Source of the DNA: Planctomycetota bacterium
GTDB lineage: Bacteria > Planctomycetota > Planctomycetia > Pirellulales > Pirellulaceae
Assembly (NCBI GenBank): GCA_016872775.1
Contig: VGZA01000026.1
Coordinates: 11,821-75,820, forward strand
Direction: 5' to 3'
DNA: 64,000 nucleotides
The notes under the pieces were generated by a model. That model did not search any database and was not told where the DNA came from. It was given only the letters and a program-made list of their open reading frames with translations. Shown piece after piece: positions 1 to 10,891 of this stretch. The first letter of the stretch is position 1; every line of letters begins with the position of its first letter. The translations under genes were made by a program, and so were the position numbers.

Positions 1-1436
1 GTCTTGCCCAGCGTGCGAACCGCCACGATGCGCACCTCGAACTTCTCGACCGACACCAGACGTCGCAAGCGGGCAACCTGGGCCTGCAACTTGGTCGGGT
101 TTTTGAAATCGAGCGCCAGATAATCGACCGAGGCCGCGATTCCCTCGACGTCCGAGTTCTTGGAATCTTCGAGTGCGTTCAGCAGGTCTTCGACCGCATT
201 GGTCTTCGGAACGGCGACAATCTTGCCGTCATCACGCAGTTTGGCTTTGGTCATGTCGCCGTTGAAATTTTTGCCACCAGACAACAGACCCTCGCCCGGC
301 ACCAGCTTCTCAATTTTCTTCTTGGTGCTGCGCGTCAGAAACATGATCGCAAAAGCGGTATCACCGCCAATCCCCGCACCACCGGTGCCGTGCCAGGTAC
401 CATCTTTGAGTTGGTTCTGCCGCAGGTACTCCACTCCCTCATTGTACCAGCGAGGCTCCGCGACGCCTCCACCTTCGACCGCCTCGCGGAAACTCATGTA
501 GCGCTCCAAAGTGTATAGGTAATAATAATTCCACATGCCCGGGTTGATCTTGTAGACCGCGTCGAAGTAGCGATTGCCGTCCTGCTGGTACCTCTTGAGC
601 AGTTCCCGGTTGACGTTGCGCGCCACGCGTTTGACTGCCGTTTTTTCCTCGGCGTCATCTTTGATCAGGCGCAGGGCGGGCGGTATGTCATCCTCCTTTA
701 CCCTCTGCTTTTCGCCCTGTCCCAATCCGACCAGATCGCCGCCAATATACAACGATGCCGTTCCTGCCGCCGAAAGGCCGATCGACACACTGCCCTGGGA
801 ATTGCGGTTGAAGGTTCCCGGGTCCATCGGATGGTAGCCGAACCCGCCTTGCGCATCCTGCGTTCGCATGAACCAGTTGACCGCTTTCTCGCCGCATTCG
901 AGCGATACGTCGAAACCGGCCTTTTGTGCCGTCCAGAGCCCGAGCACGGCGTACTGCGTCTGCGACGAATCGCCGTTCGGCATGCCGGGGTATGTCCAGC
1001 CTCCGATGACAAGCTGACTTTCCTGCAGCATCTTGACCAACGTCTCAATCTCCGGCTTGTACTGCACCGGGTCGAGTTCCGTCAGGAAGATCAAGGAAAC
1101 GGCCCTGGCGTAGGTCGGAGCGTGCCCGTCGCGCCCCTGGCCCCCGCCGGGAGTCGCGAATTGACGCGCGACGCCGATTGCGGTCTTTACATGGGGATGG
1201 TCGCGATCATCGGCTTTCACGAACGGCAGCGCCAGCAGAGGAATCACTCCAATGCCATGTTCTCCGCTCGTGTCGATCAGTCGCGACAGGCCCGCCATCG
1301 CCCGATCGACCATCTCCACGACCTCCGGGCTTTCCGGGCTGTAAGCCTGGAGCCGTTGCCCCAAATCGGACACAAGCAACCCAACTGCCAATACAACTCG
1401 CAAGCCGATCGGTATCTGCACCATCATCGGTAAAGT
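1..1436 (-). CDS. Prenyltransferase/squalene-cyclase-repeat (α/α-toroid) secreted protein. The 3' end runs off the window start.
   Basis: Manual reverse-strand translation from the ATG at 1436 gives an uninterrupted frame of more than 475 codons. It is absent from the track because there is no in-window stop. The N-terminus MMVQIPIGLRVVLAVGLLVS is signal-like. Motifs QLVIGGWTYP and QDAQGGFGYHP match the QxxDGGW/F repeats of the prenyltransferase/SQ-cyclase fold. The + strand ORFs 160..501 and 831..1433 are antisense shadows. Confidence 0.6.
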
Positions 1437-1563
1437 CCTCGATTCCTTTTGTGAATTTGATGCAAATCCCCATGGTCGTCGTTATTGCCCCGGCAGGCGG
1501 CCTTATCGATCGGGGGCCCGCAAGGGAAGTGACTGCCATGCAATTGCCGACGGATCCACGATT

Positions 1564-2217
1564 TCATACCACTCTTTCCATGCCATCGCCGCCGTATGCC
1601 GCTGGGACGGAATCGTCATTGATCAGTCGCAAGGCCGGCGGCAGATCCGCCTCACAATGCTGCATCGGCATGCCATGTCTCAGCCCTAAGAGTTCGCTGC
1701 CGATATACAGGGACGCCGAGCCGGCCGCCGACAAACCCAGGGCAACGCCACTTTGCATTCGACGGTCCCAACTCCTCGGATCGATCGGGTGATACCCAAA
1801 GCCGCCTTGGCTGTCCTGGATCGAATGCAACAGGGCCTCGATTTCCGGCCGGTATTGGGCGGGGTCGAGTTCCGTCAGAAAGATCAGCGAGACTGCTCGC
1901 GCGTAGGTTGGAGCATGACCGTCGTTCTGCATGGCGAGCGGGCCGAAAACAATTTGCCGCGCAACGCCGATTGCCGTCTTGACGTGTGGATGTTCAGGTT
2001 CGTTAGCCTTGACGAATGGCAACGCGATCAACGGAATCGCCGTTCGGCCACGTTCTCCGTACAGGTCGCGAAGATTCGTCAAACCGGTCATCGCCCGATC
2101 GACCATCTCGCAGACTTCGGGGCTCTCGGGGCTATGAGCCATCAAGGGCGAAAGAAAGGACGAGAACAGCAACGCAAAGACGAGTATGCCGCCGCAATCG
2201 GCTCGCCATTGGATCAT
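1564..2217 (-). CDS. Truncated tandem paralogue (217 aa) of the upstream prenyltransferase-repeat protein, with an internal deletion.
   Basis: The track ORF shares SPESPEV.EMVDRAM.GL, HPHVKTAIGVARQ, DGHAPTYARAVSLIFLTELDP, QDSQGGFGYHPIDP and LSAAG.ASLYIG with the gene at 1..1436. It lacks about 55 aa between them (the GGW repeat) and stops early. The + ORF 1753..2382 is its antisense. Confidence 0.5.
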   Translation of the reverse strand: MIQWRADCGGILVFALLFSSFLSPLMAHSPESPEVCEMVDRAMTGLTNLRDLYGERGRTAIPLIALPFVKANEPEHPHVKTAIGVARQIVFGPLAMQNDGHAPTYARAVSLIFLTELDPAQYRPEIEALLHSIQDSQGGFGYHPIDPRSWDRRMQSGVALGLSAAGSASLYIGSELLGLRHGMPMQHCEADLPPALRLINDDSVPAAYGGDGMERVV

Positions 2218-2690
2218 TTGCTATGCCCCTTTGTTCCTTTGTTCCTTGCCACAATCAGCCTCGATTGTTCCAACCTCAATCGGGATCCTCCCAACCGGCG
2301 ACTCCGATCGGGCGAATCGGACCGTGCGAGGGAAACCGCACCACGGAAACAGAGGAAATTCGAACGCGAAACACAGCGTTGATCGTACTGCTGCCAGGAG
2401 CAACTGTCAAGAAACGGTGGCGTCCCAAGTCCTTACCAGTGGCGAGTTTGTCGAAAACTCCCCGGACACCGCGAAGTCGATGCCGCCAAGTTGGGGGTGG
2501 GGGTGGTTTTTGCGGTCTCCGTGAGAATCCCGCGATCAGGAATTCGGATGCCCGAATCAGGTCCGACACAGTTTCCGGATACTGCTTTGATTCTGCAGTG
2601 AAGGCGGACCCCCAAGTTGCGCGCGCCTTGCGACGTTCGACCCGCGCCCCGATCGCAACGAGACTCTGAAATCGATCGACCGCGGTATCA

Positions 2691-3492
2691 TCACGCGTGG
2701 CCACCCAGCCGATGTCGCAGCGGAAAGCCGTAATGGCGGCCTTCTTCAATCCGCAGCAACTCGTCGAACGGGTTCCCATTGGGCAGCCATGTTGCACCTT
2801 CCTGATCGGTGCAAAACAACTGTCCGCCTGGATCCACGGTCAGCCCGACTGGGAAACGGATTCCACTGCAGAACGGTTCATGCCGCGTCGCGCCAGACTT
2901 CAGCCGTTGAATGGTACCTCTCTGGCCGCGCGGATCGTATTGGCTTCTGCCGTCCGCGCCGATCAGGTAGGGGTTCGTGAAGTCAGCCGTTCCCAGGCCG
3001 AAGAAGATCTCGCCTCGCGCGCCGATCGCCACTCCCAAAGCGTCGACATTGTGCGGCAATTCCGCCCAGATCGTCGCGAGAATGGACTCGGATTCCGCGG
3101 TGCCATCCCCATCTTCATCCGAGATTCGGACGATCTTACCTTTGGCCGTGACCACAACTCCTTTGCCCCATGGCGAATTCGCTGGCAGGATAGACCAGCG
3201 TCGGGCGATGGTCCTGGAATGGCTGCTGCAGATCCCATCGTTATCCGCTGCCGTCGTGCCAGACGGCGATTGGCGGCGCGAGGCGCGAGCCGGGATTCGG
3301 CGGCGGAACGACGTGCCCGTTTGCGGCCGCCGCGGCTGGAATCGTTGACGCATCGAGCCACAACTCGAGGCCTTCCGAGACCGGCAGGCGCCGGTCGATC
3401 CAAGGCTCGGTTGCGGCCAGTGGAAGACCCTCGCCCCCCACGCAGGCAAGTGCGATTCCAGCGAGGTACAGGGAGCGAAACCAGCCGGTCAT
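2691..3492 (-). pseudogene. Decayed glucose/sorbosone-dehydrogenase-like (SGL/PQQ β-propeller, PVC-type dehydrogenase) gene. It has an in-frame stop, a frameshift and a C-terminal truncation.
   Basis: The signal peptide MTGWFRSLYLAGIALACVGG starts at the ATG at 3492. That frame ends VWHDGSG then TAA at 3241. The homologous sequence continues in another frame (ORF 2691..3449: NSPWGKGVVVTAKGKIVRISDEDGDGTAE...NGNPFDELLRIEEGRHYGFP) and stops well short of a full-length family member. Confidence 0.4.
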
Positions 3493-3626
3493 GCGAAACA
3501 CGATGGTTGGAGAACCGGCGCGGAATTGCATGGGCGGAATTTCGTGAAGATCGAAGAAAAAGAGCCCCACTGGCGGTCGGCCAGGGGGCTCGATATTTCT
3601 CCGCGTACGAACACGGCACGATCCGG

Positions 3627-4927
3627 TTACAGCGTGTAGCCGGCTCGGTATTCGTGCTTGATGATGCTGGCGACTTCCGGTGCGTTCGTCGCGACCATGT
3701 TCTTGGCATCCCATTCGATCTTCTTGCCGGAGGCCCAGACCGCGAGATTGCCGAGCAGGATCGTTTCCGTGAGCGGACCAGCGTAGTTCGGGAAGTTCGA
3801 CATCGCCGGTTCACCGCCGCGAATGGCATTGACCCATTCCTGGAAATGGCCAGGCGACTTCTTGAACTCCACATCGGGTTCGTCGCAATCGATGTAGTGA
3901 ATCTTCTGGTCGGCATAATCGCCTTCCGCGTACATTCGTCCCTTGTCACCGACAATCAGGGCACCGCTGTCGGTCAACTTCTTACCCTTCAACAGGGCCG
4001 GATCAACCTTCTTGCCACCGTCGTACCAAATGAACTTGATTGGGCCTCGTTCCTTGTTTGCGGGGAACTCAAAGTGGATGACACTCCAACTCGGGTACGT
4101 TTCCTTGTTGTGACCGGAAGTTTCGGCCACGACGCTTGTCGGATCGTGCAACCCCAGTGCGGCGTAAGGCATGTTGAGCGTATGGCAAGCCATGTCGCCC
4201 AGAGCGCCGGTGCCGAAGTCCCACCAGCCGCGCCACTTGAACGGGTGGTAGGCGGGATGATATGGACGCTCCGGAGCCGGGCCAAGGAATTCGTTCCAAT
4301 GGATCGACTTGGGTGTCTCGACTTTCTCCGTGGGTCGGTCGAGTCCTTGCGGCCAGACGGGACGATTGGTCCAGACGTGGACTTCGGTGACTTTTCCGAG
4401 CGTTCCGGCCTTGATCGCTGCTGCTGCCTTGCGGAGATAGCTCTGGCGGTGCCCTGATTTCCCATTTGCGTGGCGACACCCTTTTCCTTGGCGATGTTCC
4501 CGAGCGTGCGGGCTTCGAAAATCGAATGGGTCAACGGCTTCTGCGCGAAGCAGTGTTTGCCCATCCGCATTGCCATCGCGGCGGCGACGGCGTGGCAGTG
4601 GTCGGGAGTGCTGACGGTGACCGCGTCGATGTTCTTTTCGGTTTCCAGCATTTTGCGGAAATCGAAGTAGGTCTTGGCACCGCGAAAGCGGACCTTGCCT
4701 TTTTCCAACGTCGATTCATCGATATCGCAGACGGCCACGATGTTGCCGGACGAGCGAGCGTCGTTGGAATCGCTTTCGCCTTTGCCGCCGATGCCGATGC
4801 AGGCGAAATTGATCTGTTCGTTGGCCGATTTGCTCGGCGCGGCCTGTAGGCCGGCGGCGGCAAAATAGCCGGCGCCGATCACGGCCGATGTTTGCATGAA
4901 TTCGCGACGATTGGACCTTCGAGCCAT
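3627..4927 (-). pseudogene. Gfo/Idh/MocA-family oxidoreductase with a Tat signal, interrupted by one single-nucleotide frameshift near 4443.
   Basis: The N-terminal frame starts at the ATG at 4927 and reads MARRSNRREFMQTSAVIGAGYFAAA...INFACIGIGGKGESD...QMGNQGTA. A second frame carries the C-terminal part ...RKAAAAIKAGTLGKVTEVHVWTNRPVWPQG...ACHTLNMPYAALG...HEYRAGYTL* (track ORF 3627..4193). The two join if one base is restored around 4440-4448. Confidence 0.65.
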
Positions 4928-5179
4928 TTGGGGGAATCCTCCAAAAAGGGTAGGGTGGTCGCGGCGGGCCGGCCCGCCACGACGAAGCAGTAAGTTCACG
5001 AGGGCGGTCGCCGACGATTCTGGGCGGCAAAAGTCGGCCTCGACCACTCCTTCGCGGCATCTAAAGTAGCGAACTTTCGCCGCGAATTCAATCATTCGAT
5101 CGGCCCACGCCACCAAAATTGCAGCCTGGCGCCTGCGAGAATCCTTGCGAGGAGCCTTGTGAGAATCGCCAGGGGATCG

Positions 5180-6106
5180 TTACGGGAACCGGGCCAGTTC
5201 TTCCGCCGTCGGCAGCGACGGCTGGGCGCCAAGGCGAGTGACCGACAGGGCGGCGGCCCGAGCCGCATACCGGATCGAATCCCCGGCCGCCATGCCGCGC
5301 GACAAGCCGGCCGCAAAAGCCCCACAAAAGGCGTCGCCCGCCGCGGTCGTGTCGACGGCGCCCACCTTCAACGCTTCGAATCGCTCCAACCCAGCGAGCC
5401 CCGCAACCACCCCTCCTTCCTCCGCCAGCGTGACAATGGCCGATCTGCAGCCCAACTGCAACAACCGATCGGCCGCCTGTTGTGCTGCCTGCTGCGTGTT
5501 CGAAGCGTCCCGTTTGGCCGCCGCAACCCCCGACAAGACTTCCGCTTCCTGCTGGTTGGGAATGATCCAATCGACCAGGCGAGCGATCTCCGCATCGAGC
5601 ATTCCCGGCGCCGGAGCCGGATTCAGAAGGGTGACCATCCCGGCGGCCCGAGCCCGGCGCAATCCGGTCAGCACGGCCTCCTGCGGCGATTCAAAACAGC
5701 TAAGAAAAATGCCGCCCGATCGAAAAAGTTCGCCGGGCAGGTGGTCCACATCGGACGAAGTCAAATCCAGGTTGGCACCGGAAGCGACGCTGATCTGATT
5801 TCGGCCATCGTGATCCACCATGATCAGTGCGATACCTGTGGCGGAGGACGTACGTCGTACTTGGGAAACATCAATTCCCTCGCCGGAAAGGCTCGTCAAC
5901 GACTGCGTTCCAAAGTCGTCATTGCCAACCGCGCCGACGAACTTCACGGCCGTGCCTAGCCGAGCGGCAGCAACGGCCTGGTTCGCGCCCTTGCCGCCAA
6001 ATGCCCGATAGAATTCGCCGCCACCCACGGTTTCCCCTGGCTGGGGCAAGGTCCTGCCTCGAACCACGAGGTCGATATTGATCGACCCCAGGACCAACAG
6101 GGACAC
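5180..6106 (-). CDS. rbsK: Ribokinase (PfkB family).
   Basis: The 308-aa ORF carries the ribokinase signatures [15 protein letters not shown] and [17 protein letters not shown]. Confidence 0.85.
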   Translation of the reverse strand: MSLLVLGSINIDLVVRGRTLPQPGETVGGGEFYRAFGGKGANQAVAAARLGTAVKFVGAVGNDDFGTQSLTSLSGEGIDVSQVRRTSSATGIALIMVDHDGRNQISVASGANLDLTSSDVDHLPGELFRSGGIFLSCFESPQEAVLTGLRRARAAGMVTLLNPAPAPGMLDAEIARLVDWIIPNQQEAEVLSGVAAAKRDASNTQQAAQQAADRLLQLGCRSAIVTLAEEGGVVAGLAGLERFEALKVGAVDTTAAGDAFCGAFAAGLSRGMAAGDSIRYAARAAALSVTRLGAQPSLPTAEELARFP

Positions 6107-6117
6107 GACCGACGTCC

Positions 6118-6720
6118 TTAATGGCCGCTGGGCGCGTAGTACGGATTGCGGCCCGCGGCATGATCGGTCGTGTCGAGGATGTCGCCGATTTCCGGAACAG
6201 CCGCTCGGATTGCGACTTCAACGCCTTGCCGCAAAGTGACGTTCGCCATGCCACAACCTTGGCAACCGCCGCCCATCTGCAGGAACGCGGTGTTGTCGCG
6301 CACGTCAATTAGCCGTACGACTCCACCGTGGGCCGCAACATACGGGTTGACCTGGCTCCGCAAGACCTCTTCGACCCGTGATCGCAGGACCTCGGCCGGC
6401 GGCAGGCTCGAACGTAAGTCGCGAGACACCACTTCCTGGCCCGACGCTATGGTCGATCGAATCGCCGCACCGATGGCCTTGCCAAGCGCCGGCCAGTCAT
6501 CGGATGTCGATTTGCCGATCGTGATCGCGTCGTGGGAAACGAGAACGTTCGAGATCCCCGGAATTGCGAACAAGGCTTCCGCCAGCGGCGAACCCTTCGC
6601 GGAGTCCTGGTTGGCAAAGTAATGGGCTTGATTTTCATAGACCGGCCGGTTGACCACGAATTTGCACTTGGTTGCCGAAACCGGCTCGCCCCGGATCTGG
6701 ATTGTCGCGGGATCAATCAT
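6118..6720 (-). CDS. NifU/Nfu-type Fe-S cluster scaffold protein (Nfu_N plus NifU C-terminal domain).
   Basis: The 200-aa ORF has the C-terminal motif [18 protein letters not shown] typical of the NifU C-domain and an Nfu-like N-terminal half. Confidence 0.75.
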   Translation of the reverse strand: MIDPATIQIRGEPVSATKCKFVVNRPVYENQAHYFANQDSAKGSPLAEALFAIPGISNVLVSHDAITIGKSTSDDWPALGKAIGAAIRSTIASGQEVVSRDLRSSLPPAEVLRSRVEEVLRSQVNPYVAAHGGVVRLIDVRDNTAFLQMGGGCQGCGMANVTLRQGVEVAIRAAVPEIGDILDTTDHAAGRNPYYAPSGH

Positions 6721-6980
6721 CGAACAATACCTCCCTCATCACGAATCGGAACACACTCGATCAGCCGCCCCGGAACGGGCACAGGAACCCGATCGAGGCG
6801 GTTTCGACCGCAGCGAACGAGCTAGAAAATCCCCTGCGGTCACTGCTTTGCCCGTATTCTAGCGTTCCCCGCCGGCTTGGAAACACCCGCTCTCTCTTTC
6901 CACGGAAGGCATCCGGGTGGTCGGCGAGATCGGGGGAGGATGGAAGCGCGTTCAATTTTAGGCGGCAAACAGCGGGCGGT

Positions 6981-7334
6981 TCAGGCCGCACGTCGCAAGA
7001 CGTGAGTCCTGGCGGGCACCGTGGCAGCGCGTTGCAGCATGGTTCGGATGACGATTTCACCGGCCAGGTCCAGTACCTTGGCGTGTCGGGAACCGGGCAG
7101 CGATCCTTGGGAGATCATCGCTGCAATCTGCTCGTTGAGCACCGGAACGGCTCGGGTCCGAATGTAGCCGCGAGCTTCGTTCATTCCTAGCGTCGGCAGG
7201 CGAGACCGCACGCGATGCCAGACACTTTCCGCAGCCTGCACCGCTACGATTTCAGCGGTACCTTGAAGATCCGGACTGCCGCTGAGTTTCGCGAGTAACT
7301 TGCCGAACATTGTTTCGGGTCCTTTCCGTGCCAT
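6981..7334 (-). CDS. Hypothetical protein (~117 aa).
   Basis: This is the protein-like C-terminal part of track ORF 6981..7820 (MARKGPETMFGKLLAKLSG...). The upstream part of that ORF overlaps the tRNA-Cys gene and is unlikely to be coding. Confidence 0.3.
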   Translation of the reverse strand: MARKGPETMFGKLLAKLSGSPDLQGTAEIVAVQAAESVWHRVRSRLPTLGMNEARGYIRTRAVPVLNEQIAAMISQGSLPGSRHAKVLDLAGEIVIRTMLQRAATVPARTHVLRRAA

Positions 7335-7608
7335 CGAATGCCAGAAATTACCCTCCGTGTCGCGCGGCTCTGGCCATGCCGCCGCGGTGCTACTTCCCTT
7401 CCATCGAATCAGAATCCAGACGATCTTGATTCCCGGGCCGGTCGTATCAGATGGTGCAGGTACATCGAGTTTTTGGCGTGTCGCAACGGGGACCCCGGTC
7501 GGAATGTCGAGGAAATATTGCGCCTCTTCGCGCCGTCGCGCCACTCTAGTCACCGCAGTCCGCCGGAATTCACACATCGGTAATGCCTGCGCCATCCGTC
7601 GATCCCTC

Positions 7609-7637
7609 TTGACCCTTTTTTCTGAAACCCGTACTCT
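7609..7637 (+). promoter_or_regulatory. Candidate σ70-like promoter for tRNA-Cys (TTGACC-17 nt-TACTCT).
   Basis: TTGACC at 7609..7614 and TACTCT at 7632..7637 sit about 20 nt upstream of the tRNA 5' end. Confidence 0.3.
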
Positions 7638-7656
7638 CACTCCAGGTTGATGCGAC

Positions 7657-7727
7657 GGCGCCGTAGCCAAGTGGTAAGGCAGTGGATTGCAAATCCACCA
7701 TCCCCGGTTCAAATCTGGGCGGCGCCT
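7657..7727 (+). tRNA. tRNA-Cys (anticodon GCA).
   Basis: A 71-nt cloverleaf reads GGCGCCG-TA-GCC-AAGTGGTAA-GGC-A-GTGGA-TTGCAAA-TCCAC-CATC-CCCGG-TTCAAAT-CTGGG-CGGCGCC-T. The 7-bp acceptor stem, U33-GCA-A37 anticodon loop and TΨC loop are present. The discriminator is U73, as in Cys tRNAs. No CCA is encoded. Confidence 0.9.
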
Positions 7728-7841
7728 CTTTTTTCGTTTTCGCAATAGCGCGACCGGGACTTCGCCGTCGCGGCGTTGTAGCCGGTTCCTATCAATCCCC
7801 GTTGCCGTTCGGGTTGACAATGTGTCGACGAAGTAGGAAAA

Positions 7842-8489
7842 ATGCGATTCGTTGCACTCCTGACGCTAAGTTTCCTGCCGATATCATCGCTCCCCGCCAC
7901 CGCAGCGGAGTCGGACGCTCAGGAACGGGCGAGTAAAGTCATCGAGGCAGCCGGCGGCGAATCGCAGTTGTTGGATTTGTTTCGATTCCGCGAGCGTGTC
8001 CTGATTACGGATACGCCGGCGCCCCCGGTTGTGAAGGACGAGAAAGAGAATCGCACGTCCGTCGTACGGGTTGGCGGCGACTGGTGGGTCGGCAGCGATA
8101 AACGCGACAAAGACAAGGTCCGCGTATTGTGCTGGGCTTGGAGTCTCCGCATCCTGCGAGACTCGAAGTCGATCCTTCAAACGATTCCCGACATCAAAGT
8201 GGCCGACCAGCCCGCGTTCGGTCTTCGCGTGACCGGGTCCGTTAAGGATCCGATCGACTTGTACTTCGATCATGAAACGAAGCGCCTGGCAGCGATCGAT
8301 TATGACGACACGCGTCACATCTTCAGCGATTGGAAGAAGTCCGAAGATGGCCGCCACTATCCATCGCACGTCGCCGGATTCCGCTTCGAAAATCGCGCGG
8401 CAGGTACCCTCAAATCCAGGCAGTGGTATCAAACCGACATTCTTGAGCTTACGCTGTTGAAAGAACTGCCCAGCGAATTAAAGCGCTAG
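7842..8489 (+). CDS. Secreted hypothetical protein.
   Basis: The 215-aa ORF starts with the signal peptide MRFVALLTLSFLPISSLPATAAE. Confidence 0.5.
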   Translation: MRFVALLTLSFLPISSLPATAAESDAQERASKVIEAAGGESQLLDLFRFRERVLITDTPAPPVVKDEKENRTSVVRVGGDWWVGSDKRDKDKVRVLCWAWSLRILRDSKSILQTIPDIKVADQPAFGLRVTGSVKDPIDLYFDHETKRLAAIDYDDTRHIFSDWKKSEDGRHYPSHVAGFRFENRAAGTLKSRQWYQTDILELTLLKELPSELKR

Positions 8490-8662
8490 CGCCGAACCCG
8501 ACTTCAAAAGATGGCGTTGGACGGCGTAGGACGAGCGTAGGACGAGCCGCCAGGCCCGTCCAGAAGTGCGAAACGACTTCGATAAAAAGAACAATCATGT
8601 TCGATCGAGCGCGAGAGACGGGTCTGGAGACCCGTCCTACCTACTGCCGGGAGCGTTTGAGG

Positions 8663-9874
8663 ATGACGAACAAGCTTCGACGAACGGGGATCGTGCCGCG
8701 ATTCCTTGCGGTGTGGCTGATGGCGACCAGCGCGTGCGGCGCGCTGACGGCGGCGGATCGGGTTTTTCGCGTCACCGAATACCAGCGTCGAACGATCTAC
8801 CACTCCCCCGAGACACCCGGCTACACCTGTTGGGTTTACGCTTGGGCGATGCCCGACAACGATCTAATGGTGAGTTTCTACGAGGCCACTGGTCCGACGG
8901 ACGAGAGTGTACGGGCTCCGCTTGAGGTCCAGAAGAAGTTGAGCTGGCCGCACCTCGCCGATGCGCGTCGTGATATGAGCGGCCTGAGTGCCCGCAACGT
9001 CTACTTGCGCTCCTCGGATGGCGGCGCGACCTGGAATTCCGTGAGTGCTGACGCATTCCGCAGCCCGATGAACGGGCTTGTGCTGGGAGGTTTGGGATTG
9101 CGCGATGGCGTTATTCTGCGCGCGGTCTATGGTGCGTATCTCCCGTACGATGCGGACGTGCCGCGCACCGGGCTCCTGCAGCGCTCAACCGACGGCGGAA
9201 AAACGTGGGGCAGGATGGAGAGCGTTCTGCCCGCGGACCAGTACCTGGTCTACCCCGTGGGTTTGCGACAGTTACGGGACGGTCGCGTCGCGCTTTTGGG
9301 AGGAATCGCACGCGGCCCGGCGGACCGCGCTTGGGATGAATACGGTCCATCGATGGAGCCGCTGCTCATGGTCTCGGACGACGGAGGCAAGTCGTGGGGG
9401 CAACCGATCCAGGTGATTCCCGAAGAGAATCGAAGGGACTGGTCGTGCGAGGAGTGCGATGCGGTGGAATTGCCCAATGGAGACCTGTTCTGGGTCTTTC
9501 GCCGCTGCGATCCTCAGGACCGGGATCGCCCGTTGGCGCAGCGCAGGCACGTGCAATGGCAAGGTCGCATGCGAAAGCAGGACAATTCGTGGGTCCCCGA
9601 TTCGGTCGGCCCCGCGCCTTTCCCCAACACGGGGCTCCCCAATCTGCTGCTCACCCGCGAAGGCGTGATTGTGCACGTCCCTGCCGGGCACTGGACCGCC
9701 GACGAAGGCAAGAACTGGCATCGATTCGACCTGCCGCCCAGGCCGTACTACGCCAAAGGGCTGCAGCTCGCGGATGGCCAGATACTGATCTTAGGGCACC
9801 TCGGCAGCGACGACCCTTATGGGACCGTCGATCAACAGATTGTCATGGACCGCTTTCGCCTGGAAGCAAAGTGA
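8663..9874 (+). CDS. BNR/Asp-box repeat (sialidase-like) secreted glycosidase-fold protein.
   Basis: Three Asp-box SxDxGxTW motifs are present (SSDGGATW, STDGGKTW, SDDGGKSW). A signal peptide follows the internal ATG (MTNKLRRTGIVPRFLAVWLMATSACGALTAA). Confidence 0.7.
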   Translation: MTNKLRRTGIVPRFLAVWLMATSACGALTAADRVFRVTEYQRRTIYHSPETPGYTCWVYAWAMPDNDLMVSFYEATGPTDESVRAPLEVQKKLSWPHLADARRDMSGLSARNVYLRSSDGGATWNSVSADAFRSPMNGLVLGGLGLRDGVILRAVYGAYLPYDADVPRTGLLQRSTDGGKTWGRMESVLPADQYLVYPVGLRQLRDGRVALLGGIARGPADRAWDEYGPSMEPLLMVSDDGGKSWGQPIQVIPEENRRDWSCEECDAVELPNGDLFWVFRRCDPQDRDRPLAQRRHVQWQGRMRKQDNSWVPDSVGPAPFPNTGLPNLLLTREGVIVHVPAGHWTADEGKNWHRFDLPPRPYYAKGLQLADGQILILGHLGSDDPYGTVDQQIVMDRFRLEAK

Positions 9875-9921
9875 CGCTCGCCACGGTGCCGAGCGTCAAC
9901 AAATGCGAGGAGATCGAAACG

Positions 9922-10887
9922 ATGCGAATGGTCTGTAATTCGATGGTGATTATTGTCCTTGGGGCGACATCGGCGCTGTCGCAGGAACGGTCGACGATTT
10001 TCAGTTCCACACCGGTGATGATCCAGGAGACGGGCGCGGGGGAAGGTCCGGCGTGGCATCCGGAACTGGGGCTGCTCACCAGCGGCGATGGCGATATTCA
10101 TCGCCGTGATCGCGATGGAAAGCAGACGGTGTATCTCAAGCAGGCGGGATCGAACGGCCTGATGTTCGATCGACAAGGCAGGCTGGTAGTGTGCGAGCCG
10201 GTACGGAGGCGCGTGTCACGAATTGAACCCGATGGAGCAGTGACGGTTCTGGCAGCGACGTATGGCGGCAAGAAATTCAATCAGCCGAACGACCTGACGA
10301 TTGACCGCCGCCAGCGGATCTATTTCTCCGATCCTCAATACGGAGACCGGAGTGGCATGGAGATGTTGGACGAAAACCGAAAACCGATCGAAGGGGTGTA
10401 CCGGATCGATCCCGACGGACGCGTGACTCGGATCATCGCACACGAAGTCGATCGTCCCAACGGGCTGGTCGTCACCGACGACGACAAATACCTTTATGTC
10501 GCGGACAACAATAACAACACGCAGGGCGGCGCGAGAAAACTGTGGCGATTCGACTTGCGCGCGGATGGCACGGTCGACTTTGCCAGCCAGAAGCTGATCC
10601 ACGATTGGAAGACGACTCGCGGTCCCGACGGCATGAAACTCGACGCCGAGGGTCGCTTGTACGTAGCGGCCGGGCTGAACAAGCCGCAGCCTCCGTTTGA
10701 AACGGCCGAACGGCCCACGGCCGGCATTTACGTCTTTTCCCCAGCGGGAGACTTGTTGGAGTTTGTTCCGATCCCGCGCGATGAAACAACCAACTGCGCC
10801 TTCGGTGGCGACGACTTTCGCACGCTTTTTGTCACCGCTGGCGGCAGCCTGTGGAGCCTTCGCGCAAGAACGCCGGGAAAACGGTGA
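9922..10887 (+). CDS. SMP-30/gluconolactonase/LRE-like (SGL) β-propeller protein.
   Basis: The signal peptide MRMVCNSMVIIVLGATSALSQE follows GAGGAG by 9 nt. Motifs NGLMFDRQGRL, PNDLTID, NGLVVT and the C-terminal TNCAFGGDDFRTLFVT are typical of the SGL family. Confidence 0.7.
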   Translation: MRMVCNSMVIIVLGATSALSQERSTIFSSTPVMIQETGAGEGPAWHPELGLLTSGDGDIHRRDRDGKQTVYLKQAGSNGLMFDRQGRLVVCEPVRRRVSRIEPDGAVTVLAATYGGKKFNQPNDLTIDRRQRIYFSDPQYGDRSGMEMLDENRKPIEGVYRIDPDGRVTRIIAHEVDRPNGLVVTDDDKYLYVADNNNNTQGGARKLWRFDLRADGTVDFASQKLIHDWKTTRGPDGMKLDAEGRLYVAAGLNKPQPPFETAERPTAGIYVFSPAGDLLEFVPIPRDETTNCAFGGDDFRTLFVTAGGSLWSLRARTPGKR

Positions 10888-10891
10888 GTGG

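Noticed and set aside
160-2382. Plus-strand ORFs 160..501, 831..1433 and 1753..2382, the latter two sharing VEFRQ.DQ and RPIDHL peptides.
   Set aside because: Their mutual similarity arises because they are antisense to two paralogous minus-strand genes. The real coding information is on the minus strand.
2697-4457. 586-aa + strand ORF spanning the SGL-like and Gfo/Idh/MocA loci.
   Set aside because: It is R/P/A-rich with no recognisable domain. It is exactly antisense to two minus-strand genes with clear homology. High-GC antisense frames are commonly open.
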